Assembly (NCBI GenBank): GCA_016209705.1
Contig: JACQVR010000065.1
Span: forward strand, 965-64,964
Direction of reading: 5' to 3'
Source: Planctomycetota bacterium
GTDB taxonomy: Bacteria > Planctomycetota > MHYJ01 > JACPRB01
Length of the DNA stretch: 64,000 nt
The notes beneath the pieces were generated by a model. The model ran no database searches. It worked only from the letters and a program-made list of their open reading frames with translations, and was not told the DNA's origin. This document shows, piece after piece, positions 18,597-27,611 of the stretch. The position numbers and the translations under genes were made by a program. Each line of letters opens with the position of its first letter. Position 1 is the stretch's first letter.

Positions 18597-20714
18597 ATGG
18601 GAAGATCCAAGTATTTCCTTCTGCTTGTGGCGATGTTGCCTCTATTGCCGGCGGCGTCCTGCGGCGGGGAGGACGGAGCCGCAGGCGCTCCGGGCGAGCC
18701 AGGATCGGGACTGACAGGCCCATATCGGGAATTGAGCGCCTCCCTGGCCATCTCGCAGCCGGCCAATGGAACCCATTTTGTGATGGGCGAGCAGGCGGTG
18801 GTCACGGTCATTGTGAAAGACCAATATGACAAAGCATTCTCCCTGAGCGACCTTTCCCAGCTCAGCCTTTATGTATATGGTCCGCAAGAAACGACGAAGA
18901 CCATGACGGCGGTGAATCTGCTCAACGCCTCCACGGATCGTTCCCAAAGGCCGCATCATTACATTGATCTGCTCACGAATCCTGAGGCGCAGTTCGCGAG
19001 CGGGGTCGTGACCTATGCACTCCGGCCGGTCTCCGACGAGGAGCCGGGGACATACATCGTCACCATGCGCGCTGTCCTCAAGGATGCGCCGCTTGAGCAA
19101 GCGATGCCATGCGTCGAGTTCCAGCTCGGAACCGCTATTGCGGAGACTCAGATCATAGATAAGGAGAAGTGCGCCAAATGCCACAAGGGCGCCGCCAGCG
19201 GTCAGTTCTACTTCCACCACGTGGATCCTCGTCAAGTGGGTCAGAGCGGAAGCCCCTCGATAGACTCGCTGCCGGTGATGACCTGCAAGAGCTGTCACAA
19301 CACGGAGGGCTATGCGGCGTACCGCGATCCCGCCAATCCGGACAACCGCATCCCGGATCCCATTGTGAAGCGGGTGCACGGGGTTCACATGGGCAAGCAC
19401 TTGGAGAGCGCCGCCAATCAGACGGTATTTGCGGACTATCTGGACGTGGAGTTTCCCGCTAATGTCAAGAACTGCACCGCCTGTCACTCCGATGACCGCT
19501 GGAAAACCAAGCCGTCGCAGCTTGCCTGCGGTGCCTGCCACGACAATATCTGGTTCGGCGATCCGGCCGCCATGCCGGAGACCGCGGAAGCGCACCCCGG
19601 CGGGCAGCAGGCCGACGATTCCTTGTGTGCGAGCTGCCACCCTGCCGACATCGGCGGAAGCAAGCCGGTGGCGGTGGCGCACCAGATCGAGCCGCCGGCG
19701 TTCCAGAATACGGTGGAACTGAGCATGACTCCTCCGGCCAACGGGGAGTACTACGTGGCCGGTGAAACGCCTCAGGTGACGATCACGATCCGGGATGCGG
19801 CCAGCGGCGCGACGATCAATCCGGCCGCCATTGTCGAGCCGGCCGATTCGCAAGCCGTGCAATCCTTCGAGTGGAGACGGGCGAACTTGTTTGTGTCCGG
19901 ACCCAGAAAGCGCACGATGCCCGTCCTTACAACGGAGGCCATCAACCCCGATCCCACCCACTCGTACGCCAACAATGACTTCCGCGTACGAATCGACCCG
20001 GCCAATGAGGATCTGAGGGTGACACGGTCTTCGACCGCGATCACCTATCAATTGGCGGATGTGGCGGATTTAGAGCCCGGCACGTATACCGCCTTCGTCG
20101 AGATCATGCCGGCTGCTCCTCTCGGCGGCTGGGGTCTGATCAACTTCCAAGTGAAGACCGCGACGGAAGAGCCCATGGTCGCGACCAACTGCATCGATTG
20201 TCACGACGACGCTCGAATGCACGGCAGTTACTTCGCGGTGCAATTCAAGCCCGACATCTGCAAGAACTGCCACGACTATGAGCGTCAGATGCCGGACCGG
20301 ATCACGTGGACCGACCGCAACGCAGGATACGGCGCCGCTCCCCTGGCCAGACGGGTCCACGGCGTCCACTTCGGGCATTACCTCGACAAGCCGGAAGAAG
20401 TGCACGCGACTTACGATTTCTCAGGAGTCATCTTCCCGCAGGACGTGAGAAACTGCGTCAAGTGCCACTCGGAAACGGATGCGTGGAAAACCGAACCGTC
20501 GCGGGTGGCCTGTCTTGCGTGCCACGACAAAGACGCGGCCATTACCCACGCCACGGTAAATACATTGGATGCGACGCCTGCCGACCCGTGGAACGGCGAT
20601 GAGGTGGAAAGTTGCAAAGTATGCCACGGAGCCGGGCGAGAATTCGCTCCCGACAAGGTGCACAATATCTGGGATCCCTATAAGCCGCCCTATCCACGAG
20701 AACCGGCCGAGTAA
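18597..20714 (+). CDS. Second decaheme OmcA/MtrC-family cytochrome c lipoprotein (705 aa)
   Basis: RBS AAGGAG, lipobox AASC followed by G-x-x linker, 10 CxxCH, RVHGVH motifs. Confidence 0.9.
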   Translation: MGRSKYFLLLVAMLPLLPAASCGGEDGAAGAPGEPGSGLTGPYRELSASLAISQPANGTHFVMGEQAVVTVIVKDQYDKAFSLSDLSQLSLYVYGPQETTKTMTAVNLLNASTDRSQRPHHYIDLLTNPEAQFASGVVTYALRPVSDEEPGTYIVTMRAVLKDAPLEQAMPCVEFQLGTAIAETQIIDKEKCAKCHKGAASGQFYFHHVDPRQVGQSGSPSIDSLPVMTCKSCHNTEGYAAYRDPANPDNRIPDPIVKRVHGVHMGKHLESAANQTVFADYLDVEFPANVKNCTACHSDDRWKTKPSQLACGACHDNIWFGDPAAMPETAEAHPGGQQADDSLCASCHPADIGGSKPVAVAHQIEPPAFQNTVELSMTPPANGEYYVAGETPQVTITIRDAASGATINPAAIVEPADSQAVQSFEWRRANLFVSGPRKRTMPVLTTEAINPDPTHSYANNDFRVRIDPANEDLRVTRSSTAITYQLADVADLEPGTYTAFVEIMPAAPLGGWGLINFQVKTATEEPMVATNCIDCHDDARMHGSYFAVQFKPDICKNCHDYERQMPDRITWTDRNAGYGAAPLARRVHGVHFGHYLDKPEEVHATYDFSGVIFPQDVRNCVKCHSETDAWKTEPSRVACLACHDKDAAITHATVNTLDATPADPWNGDEVESCKVCHGAGREFAPDKVHNIWDPYKPPYPREPAE

Positions 20715-20721
20715 GCACGTG

Positions 20722-20754
20722 AAAAAAAAGCCCGTCGTGAAGACGGGCTTTTTT
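20722..20754. terminator. Bidirectional rho-independent terminator
   Basis: aaaaaaaa-gcccgtc-gtgaa-gacgggc-tttttt between convergent genes. Confidence 0.9.
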
Positions 20755-20761
20755 GATGGTT

Positions 20762-20778
20762 CGGCCTCAACGAGGCCG
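20762..20778 (-). promoter_or_regulatory. Putative bacterial SECIS hairpin
   Basis: Minus strand CGGCCTC-GTT-GAGGCCG; loop begins with G, 24 nt after the UGA at 20796-20798. Confidence 0.6.
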
Positions 20779-20783
20779 GAGCG

Positions 20784-21107
20784 TTACTTCAGGCCTCAGC
20801 CCGCGAACCGGCGGTCGCTTTCGGGGGCCTCGGTGCCTTCCTTTGCGGCCTTGACGGCCTCGACGACCGTTTCCTGGGTGGCTTTCTTGGTCCCCTTCAT
20901 GACCGCGAGTCCGCCGCGATAGATCAGCTTACCGGTCTTGTCGAGGACGAACGTTGCGTTGACCTGCTTCGCGCCGAATTTGTATTCCTTCCAGTCGTAC
21001 GCCTCAAAGGCGATGTCGGGGACCACTTCGCCCAGCTTCAGGTCGTCCGCCCGCGGCGCGGCCGCCATGGCCAGGAGCGCCACCACGCCGGCTACAGACA
21101 GTCTCAT
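20784..21107 (-). CDS. Secreted AhpC/TSA(redoxin)-like protein, probable selenoprotein (…RFAG-U-GLK), core apparently deleted
   Basis: Signal peptide; LKLGEVVPD…; FGAK…FVLDKTGKLIYRG; UGA at the position of Cys in the family's C-terminal GCxxK motif, then TAA. Confidence 0.65.
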
Positions 21108-21117
21108 GTCGTTTTCC

Positions 21118-21246
21118 TTAGATGAACCGGTCCGGTAGTTCGCTCTTGCCCACCCTTCTCCGGCCGTACAGGATCAGGAATTCCGCCCGTCGGGTTGCGG
21201 CCATCCGTTTCAGGCTCGCCAGCTCCCGCTCCCGGTCAAGCCACAT
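21118..21246 (-). pseudogene. N-terminal fragment of an ATPase (archaeal-type ATPase/DUF234-like)
   Basis: Own translation MWLDRERELASLK…LILYGRRRVGKSELPDRFI*, Walker A, RBS AGGAG, stops after 42 aa. Confidence 0.7.
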
Positions 21247-21311
21247 GAGCTTCTCCTAAGTAACTTACTTGAAAGTAAACCATATTCCATGGGCGCCTCC
21301 CGGTCCAGTTT

Positions 21312-21527
21312 TTGCATCGAGGCCCGGCAGAAAGAACCCGGGGGAGTGCCGGTCACTGTTTCAAGCGCGTTCTCGATCCGACCGAGGTGTCCAAGAATTC
21401 AGGGAAGCGGCGCTTTCGAGGCCGCGATGGCGGCGAACCTTTCCGCTCGTTCGAGTCGATGGCCGACTACCGGCGATGGTGCGAGGAAAACCTTCCTGCG
21501 TGGCTCGGCTATGGCCGCTCGATTTAA
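21312..21527 (+). pseudogene. Small hypothetical protein or fragment
   Basis: Protein-like C-terminus FRSFESMADYRRWCEENLPAWLGY; N-terminus not convincing. Confidence 0.35.
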
Positions 21528-21788
21528 GTGCCGGCAGGCGCGCGAGATCGCGGACATCTTCACCAAACGCGGCGCGACACGCCATCAGAGAGGATCGCTT
21601 ACAGGCGGTCCGCCGAAAGACCGCTGCAAAACGCAGCGTCGCAATCCTCTGCCATGCATGTTGTTATTCATATCATTTTAATTTGCACGGTTCCCTCCAG
21701 ACGCCGTTGATAAGTCTTTTGGCGGTTGTATGATTGCAACTACTTGATGACCAGTCGGTTGCAAGTTTAGCTCTGCCCACTCCCTGCG

Positions 21789-21804
21789 CGGCACGCCCGT
21801 TGCA
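21789..21804 (+). promoter_or_regulatory. Sigma-54 -24/-12 promoter with upstream AT-rich, IHF-like tract
   Basis: CGGCACGCCCGTTGCA; upstream caactacttgatg is close to the IHF consensus on the minus strand. Confidence 0.7.
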
Positions 21805-21847
21805 CTATCGGGAATAGAAGATGAAGAAACAAGAAAGGGGGCGTGCC

Positions 21848-22132
21848 ATGACCGCCATGCAAAAGGGAACCCCGTGGGTCGTGGGCCTGCTGACGTTCGT
21901 GTTCGGCCTGAGCATCGGACTGAGCTGGTATACGTACGGCTATCTGGATTGGGCGACCGTGAGGAAGATGGCCATGATGCTCATCCCGCTGCTGGCCGCA
22001 GCCGTGGTCGTGATGCTGTGGCCGGACAAGGAGGAAAAAGAAAAGAAGGAACGCCCCGACCTTCGTGCTCGGCTCGCCGGGCGGAGACGCCGTGAACTTC
22101 AGGAGGTGGGCAAGGACAAGGAAAGGAGCTAG
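21848..22132 (+). CDS. Small two-TM membrane protein
   Basis: RBS-like AAAGGGG, two hydrophobic helices, charged tail. Confidence 0.65.
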   Translation: MTAMQKGTPWVVGLLTFVFGLSIGLSWYTYGYLDWATVRKMAMMLIPLLAAAVVVMLWPDKEEKEKKERPDLRARLAGRRRRELQEVGKDKERS

Positions 22133-22134
22133 CC

Positions 22135-22314
22135 ATGCCGGTTCTTGCGGAACGTCCCGTTCGCAAAGCGCCCCGCCGGAAGGCGCCTCCGCCGGTCCGG
22201 GAAGGCAAGGCTTTCTACATCGTGACCACGGTGTTGGGCGTCCTCATGTTCCTGCTCGCGATCGGATCGGTGGGGATGATGGTGGCCGCCCAACTGCTCC
22301 TGATCAACTGGTAA
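22135..22314 (+). CDS. Small single-TM membrane protein (59 aa, absent from the ORF track)
   Basis: RBS AAAGGAG; MPVLAERPVRKAPRRKAPPPVREGKAFYIVTTVLGVLMFLLAIGSVGMMVAAQLLLINW*; fills the gap before nrfD. Confidence 0.7.
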   Translation: MPVLAERPVRKAPRRKAPPPVREGKAFYIVTTVLGVLMFLLAIGSVGMMVAAQLLLINW

Positions 22315-22327
22315 GAGGATCTCATCC

Positions 22328-23920
22328 ATGAGCGTATCGACAGTGACGGATGTGGTCAGGACGCTGGAGCTGGAAGACCGGACGAATGACGGAGCCGCAG
22401 GCGGAGGTCCGCCGGAGAGCCGGATCGGAGTCGGCCGCTTCGGAACCCGCTGGTGGGCCTTTTCCGCCATGCTGGCGGCCGTCGTGACGGCCAGCGTTGC
22501 GGCGTATGCCCGACAACTTGCCCGCGGCTTGGAAGTCACCGGACTGGGAAACATCGGGTCCGGCGGCGCGCCGTGGGGGCTGTACATCACGTTCGACGTC
22601 TACTTCGTCGGGGTGAGTTTCGCCGGGATCACGCTGGCGGCGCTCATCCGCCTTTTCGACCTCTCCAAACTGCGGCCCGTTTCCCGCATGGCGGAACTCC
22701 TGACGATCGTCTCGCTGATGATGGGCGCCTTGAGCGTCATCGTCGATTGCGGGCGCCCCCTGGAGGCGCTCGTGAACATTCCTCGCTTCGCCCGAACGGC
22801 CTCGCCCTTCTTCGGAACGTTCAGCTTGGTCGTCGGCGGATATCTCTTCGCCAGCCTGGTGTACTTCTTCCTGTCCGGACGGTCCGACGCCGCCGCGTGC
22901 GCTCAGCCGAAGGCGTGGCTGCGCGGTTTTCATCGCCTCTGGGCTTCGGGGTACCAAGGATCTCCGGCCGAAAAGCGGCGCCATCATTGCGCTTCGTTCT
23001 GGCTCGCCTTGACGATCCTGCCGCTCCTGGTGACCGCCCATTCCACGCTGGGCTTCATCTTCGGCATCCAAGGGGGGCGGCCGGGATGGTTCAGCGCGCT
23101 CCAGGGACCCAGTTTCGTGGTGATGGCGGGCCTGTCCGGTACGGGGTTGCTCATCGTGATGGCGGCGGTCCTGAGACGCAGCCTGCGCCTCGAGGCGCAT
23201 TACGGGCCGCCCGTTTTCCGCTGGCTCGGAAACCTCCTGATGGTCCTGACGATGATCTACCTCTACTTCATGATCGCCGAGGAATTGACGGCGACTTACG
23301 CATCACCGTATGCCGAATCAAAAGTGGCGCACGCGAGGACGCTGGGCGTCTACGCGCCTCTCTATTGGACGATCGTGGCCTTTCTGGCGGGTACGGTCGC
23401 CATACTCTTCATCCAATTCGTGCACGGCGGAGCGTCCATCGCGTGGACCGCGGCCGCGGGCCTCTTGGGGAATGTGGCGGCGGTGCTCAAGCGGTACCTG
23501 CTCATCGTGTCGCCGCAGACGCATGGGCTTTTCGTCCCCACGGAGGGGAGCTATGCGCCGAGCGGCGTGGAGATCGCCGTCATCCTGGGATTGCTGGCTT
23601 TGGGAGCGCTCTTCATCACGATATTCGTCAAGGTGTTTCCCATCGTTCCCCTCGCAGGAAGCGGGCACCCCGCGGAGCCGGATCCCACCGAGCCGCGGCG
23701 AAAGGGCCCCAGTCGATGCCTCATGTTCTGGGCGATGCTGGCAGTGGGGGTGGGGTTGGCCGCGATAGGATTCCTGGGATCGTCTCGGTTCGGCACGGAA
23801 CCGTATCTCGATCCCGTGATCCCTTACAGCCCGGTTCTCTTCATCGCGGGAGTGATGCTCGCGTTCACTTCGGCGATCGTTTATGAAACGGCGCCCTTGA
23901 GAATCCCGACTCGACGCTGA
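22328..23920 (+). CDS. Second NrfD/PsrC-family membrane subunit with two extra C-terminal TMs
   Basis: PWGLYITFDVYFVGVSFAG, VDCGRP, TAHSTLGFIFG…RPGWFS, KVFPIVP. Confidence 0.9.
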   Translation: MSVSTVTDVVRTLELEDRTNDGAAGGGPPESRIGVGRFGTRWWAFSAMLAAVVTASVAAYARQLARGLEVTGLGNIGSGGAPWGLYITFDVYFVGVSFAGITLAALIRLFDLSKLRPVSRMAELLTIVSLMMGALSVIVDCGRPLEALVNIPRFARTASPFFGTFSLVVGGYLFASLVYFFLSGRSDAAACAQPKAWLRGFHRLWASGYQGSPAEKRRHHCASFWLALTILPLLVTAHSTLGFIFGIQGGRPGWFSALQGPSFVVMAGLSGTGLLIVMAAVLRRSLRLEAHYGPPVFRWLGNLLMVLTMIYLYFMIAEELTATYASPYAESKVAHARTLGVYAPLYWTIVAFLAGTVAILFIQFVHGGASIAWTAAAGLLGNVAAVLKRYLLIVSPQTHGLFVPTEGSYAPSGVEIAVILGLLALGALFITIFVKVFPIVPLAGSGHPAEPDPTEPRRKGPSRCLMFWAMLAVGVGLAAIGFLGSSRFGTEPYLDPVIPYSPVLFIAGVMLAFTSAIVYETAPLRIPTRR

Positions 23921-23965
23921 CCGCCGAGTCGGGATTCCATAAGCGAGCGCCGTCAAGGCGCTCGC
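23901..23965. repeat. REP-like hairpin element, copy 1 (plus second hairpin 23943-23965)
   Basis: gaatcccgactcg…cgagtcgggattc-cataagcgagcgccgtca; similar to 29122-29180. Confidence 0.65.
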
Positions 23966-23966
23966 G

Positions 23967-24839
23967 CTACTTGGCTTTCTCTTTCGGGGTCGCCAGTTTC
24001 ATCTCCGCCGTGTAAGTCATCGAGGTGCCTTGGCTCTCCATGGTCGCTTTTCGTTTCGTGGACTGCATCCTCCCCTTCGCAACGTCCCAGACCCGGTCGG
24101 ACTTGACTTCACCATCGATGTCATCGCGCGTAGGGCCTCCGTCTTGCGAAATCACGACTTGCTTCCCTCCCTCGCGGACTTCCTTCAAAGTGAACTTCGA
24201 TGGCCAGGCTCTTCCGCCTCCGACGCCGAAATTCGTGGGCTCCGGCAGGGACTGGTCGCCTTCCCATTTTCCACCCTTGGCGACCGGCTTCTCGGGAAGC
24301 TGGCCGAACTCCGTTTGGATCTGTCCTTGGAGGACGTCGTCGCTGAAGTGCTGTTTGAATTTTTCGACCAGCGCCTCGTCTTCTTCATCGAGGTCTTCCA
24401 GGACGGTATCCACCACCTTGTCGATCCCTTCGAATTTCTTGCACTCCCCCCGGCGGGTCAATCGGATGTCCATGGGTTTGCCGATGAGCGTGGTGACGAT
24501 CTTCGCGGCGACATCCCCTTTGGGAGGCTTCTTGGTGGAATCGACGTCGACGTCGTCCTCGTCGTCGCTGTAGGTGAGCTTGATGCGGTCGAAGGTCGCC
24601 TTGAGCGTCGCCGTGCCATCCTTGTCCACGGCAGTCACTTCCAGGTCCAACCCGTAGGCCGTTTTCCATTGCACGGAATCTCCGCCGTCGGATTCCGACT
24701 CGAAGGTGGAGGCGTACTCGTAGCGGAATTTGTCCCCCTTCGTGAATTTCCACCCGAGAGCGACTTTCTCCTCCTCTTGGGCGGGCGCCGCGAGCGAAAG
24801 GACGAACGTCAGGGCCGTGACCGTTGTGATGAATCGCAT
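23967..24839 (-). CDS. Secreted hypothetical protein (DUF6263-like)
   Basis: RBS GAGGAG, signal peptide, LGWKFTKGDKFRY…LPEKPVAKGGKW. Confidence 0.7.
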   Translation of the reverse strand: MRFITTVTALTFVLSLAAPAQEEEKVALGWKFTKGDKFRYEYASTFESESDGGDSVQWKTAYGLDLEVTAVDKDGTATLKATFDRIKLTYSDDEDDVDVDSTKKPPKGDVAAKIVTTLIGKPMDIRLTRRGECKKFEGIDKVVDTVLEDLDEEDEALVEKFKQHFSDDVLQGQIQTEFGQLPEKPVAKGGKWEGDQSLPEPTNFGVGGGRAWPSKFTLKEVREGGKQVVISQDGGPTRDDIDGEVKSDRVWDVAKGRMQSTKRKATMESQGTSMTYTAEMKLATPKEKAK

Positions 24840-24900
24840 CTTTTTTCTCCTCATGAAACCGTTCAGCGAGCGCACATTATCCTCCGGTCCTCGGTTGCGT

Positions 24901-25717
24901 TCAAGATTCCTTCCAAGGCGCCTCCAGGAGCCGGGAACGGAACCGCTTGAGCGTGCGTTCCTCGTGCCCATATTGTTCTCCTTCCACGACCCAAAGCTTC
25001 AACTCGTTCGCGGCGGGCCATACGGAAAGGATTGCCTCCCGCCGTCCCCACAAGAGGACCTTGAGGTTCGCGAGCGGTTCCTGGTCCCCATCATGGATCG
25101 TGAACACGAGGCGCTCCCAGTCGCCGGCAGGCCAATCGAAATTCAAGCTCCATTCGTAGGGAAGCAGGCCGGAGGCTCGCGTAAAGGTCGGCGATGCCGG
25201 CCGCCGAGAGGGCCGAGGCGACCCGCAAGGAGCGGCTGATGAACCATTCTCCCGCTCCGAGCAGGAGGCATCCGAAGAGGGCCGCCAGCGTCACGCGGGC
25301 GATCGGCGAGAGCAGGCCGTGCTCGTGGGAGTATTTGACGAGATAGATTCCGGCGAGGGCCAGGGCGATGGCTCCGATCCACACGGGCACTTTGACGCCG
25401 AGGTTTTTCTCCATGGCGGCGTGGGTTTCTTTCTTTTCGCTCGGCTCCTTGGGGGCGGGTGCCGGCGGGCGGGGCGGCGGTAGGAGTGGCGGTAGAGGAG
25501 AAGGGGGTGCTTGCGCCTCGACACGCGGGGCCGACGGCTCTTCCGGCTTGACCGCCGTGGGGAGCGGCGCTCCTTTTTTGATGCGATCAACGTCCCGGCG
25601 AAGTTCGTCGAAGGCGCGTTGAAGCGAGGAGGCTCTGCTCCAGGCGACGAGGGCGAGGATGGGGGAGATGACCAGGGAACCCAGAGCCAGGGCGGCCAGA
25701 CAGGTTAAGCCGTCCAT
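24901..25717 (-). pseudogene. Truncated DUF2339-like membrane protein fused to an out-of-frame fragment
   Basis: MEKNLGVKVPVWIGAIALALAGIYLVKYS…LSPIARV…GIADLYASL is the typical DUF2339 start, then ends early; separate coding-like piece at 24901-25146. Confidence 0.6.
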
Positions 25718-25837
25718 GCGGCGGTCCCTTCACCAAACGTGTGTTGACCGTATCGGCGGGAATCCTGCGCTTCGAATGCTGGTGCGTCATTCTACCCATG
25801 GATGGGCGCGATGTGAACTTGAACCAAGTCTCGTTCC

Positions 25838-25874
25838 TTGACAGGACTAGACTGACATGTCAGTCTAGTCCTGT
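25838..25874 (+). promoter_or_regulatory. Sigma-70 promoter overlapped by a perfect 34-bp palindromic TetR operator
   Basis: TTGACA 25838-25843; ACAGGACTAGACTGACA|TGTCAGTCTAGTCCTGT at 25841-25874. Confidence 0.85.
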
Positions 25875-26469
25875 GAAAAACCTTCAGCGCCGGCGGCAGC
25901 TTCTGGACGCCGCCACCGCGGTCTTCGCCGCCAAAGGGTATGGATCGGCTTCCGTCGCGGACATCATCCAGCGGTCCGGCGTCGCCCGTGGAACCTTCTA
26001 TCTTTATTTTGATTCCAAGGCCGACGCGTTCAGCGCCGTCTTGAACGACTATCTCGAGGGATTTCGAGCCCTCGTCACGCGGGAGCTCAAGCGCTCCTAC
26101 CGGCCACCGGCGGTCCTGCGCGCGGTCCGCGAATCCGTGCTCGACTTCCTCGCCTATCACGCCGGCCGCCCGCAACTGGCGGCCGTCGTCTTTCGCGAGG
26201 GAATGTCCATCGAGCCGGAGTTCGCCGCCCCCTTTCTGAAAATGATCCGCGCCATGTCCCGCCACTGGTCGGACGTCATCCGGCGGCTCCAGGAACTCGC
26301 CTTCGTGCGCCGGAGCATCGACCCGCCTTTTCTGGCCACCTGCTTCGTCGGCATGTTCCGCCAGATGATCGTCGATCATGTGATCCCGGATCCTCGCGCC
26401 GACCTGGACCGGCTCGCGGACCAGTGGATCGATTTCACGGTGTACGGAGCCGTGAACCGGGAGGCGTGA
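25873..26469 (+). CDS. TetR/AcrR-family transcriptional regulator
   Basis: RRQLLDAATAVFAAKGY…SVADII…GVARGTFYLYFDSK. Confidence 0.93.
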   Translation: MKNLQRRRQLLDAATAVFAAKGYGSASVADIIQRSGVARGTFYLYFDSKADAFSAVLNDYLEGFRALVTRELKRSYRPPAVLRAVRESVLDFLAYHAGRPQLAAVVFREGMSIEPEFAAPFLKMIRAMSRHWSDVIRRLQELAFVRRSIDPPFLATCFVGMFRQMIVDHVIPDPRADLDRLADQWIDFTVYGAVNREA

Positions 26470-26473
26470 AGCC

Positions 26474-27607
26474 GTGTGGACGATCGGAATCCGGAACCTC
26501 CTGCACGACAAGGTCAGACTCTCCGTCACTCTGTTCGGCATCACGTTCGCCGTCGTCCTCATCTTCGTCCAGGTCGGCATGTACCTCGGCTTCATGCGGG
26601 CCTCGTCGGCGGTCATCGATCGCGGCGCGGCGGACATCTGGATCGTCTCGAAGAACTCGGCCAACTTCGACTGGTCCCAGCCGTTCCCGGAACGATACGT
26701 TCACATCGTCCGCTCGACGCCCGGAGTCCAGCGCGCCGAGACGCTGCTTTTCGCCTGGGCGTTCGCCCGGCTGCCGAGGGGCGGAACGGAACAGGTCGAG
26801 ATCATCGGATACCATCCGTCCGCAGGGAAGGGATGGGGACAGCCCTGGGGCCTGGTGGAAGGGGAGGCCCGATCCGTCCTGGGAGGCGACCACGTCATCG
26901 TGGACAAATCGTCCTACCGGCGGCTGGGCGAGCTGCGCGTCGGCGATCGCCTCGAAATCATGGGACGCAGCGTCCGGATCGCCGGATTGACGGAAGGGAT
27001 CCGTCCTCTAACGACCGCTCCGTACGTGTTCGCCTCCTACGAAACGGCGCACCGCATCGCGTCCTACGTGGGGCGCGAGAATACGGTTTTCATTCTCGTC
27101 CAGGCGGCGCCCGGGCACGACGTCGGCGAGGTCGCGGCGCGCCTGGCGCGAAAGCTTCCTCATGTCGATGTCATGACCGCCGCCCAGTGCAGCCGGCGCA
27201 CCCGCTGGTACTGGACCGTTTCGACGGGGATGGGATTCGGATTCCTGCTGACGATCCTCCTCGGTTTCTTCGTCGGCGTGACGGTGGTCGGGCAGACGAT
27301 CTACGCCGACGCGATCGAGCATCTGCGCGAATACGCGACGCTCAAGGCGATCGGAGGCGGAACCCGTGAGCTTCTCATCATCCTGTGGTCGCAGGCGGGT
27401 GTGGCGGCGATCGTGGGCTATGCGGCCGGGACGGGGGGAGCGTTCGGAATCGGAGGCCTGTTCAACCGTCTGGGGCTCTCGGTGGTCTTTCCCCCGGCGT
27501 TGCTGGTGATGGTCGCGGGGGTCACGGTCTTGATGTGCTTGGGAGCGTCGCTGCTGTCCATTCGAAAAGTGCTTCGCGTGGATCCGGCGACCGTGTTCAA
27601 GGCGTGA
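26474..27607 (+). CDS. ABC transporter permease (MacB/FtsX/DevC-like)
   Basis: RNLLHDKVR, ADIWIVS, EHLREYATLKAIG, RKVLRVDPATVFK. Confidence 0.9.
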   Translation: MWTIGIRNLLHDKVRLSVTLFGITFAVVLIFVQVGMYLGFMRASSAVIDRGAADIWIVSKNSANFDWSQPFPERYVHIVRSTPGVQRAETLLFAWAFARLPRGGTEQVEIIGYHPSAGKGWGQPWGLVEGEARSVLGGDHVIVDKSSYRRLGELRVGDRLEIMGRSVRIAGLTEGIRPLTTAPYVFASYETAHRIASYVGRENTVFILVQAAPGHDVGEVAARLARKLPHVDVMTAAQCSRRTRWYWTVSTGMGFGFLLTILLGFFVGVTVVGQTIYADAIEHLREYATLKAIGGGTRELLIILWSQAGVAAIVGYAAGTGGAFGIGGLFNRLGLSVVFPPALLVMVAGVTVLMCLGASLLSIRKVLRVDPATVFKA

Positions 27608-27611
27608 TGCC

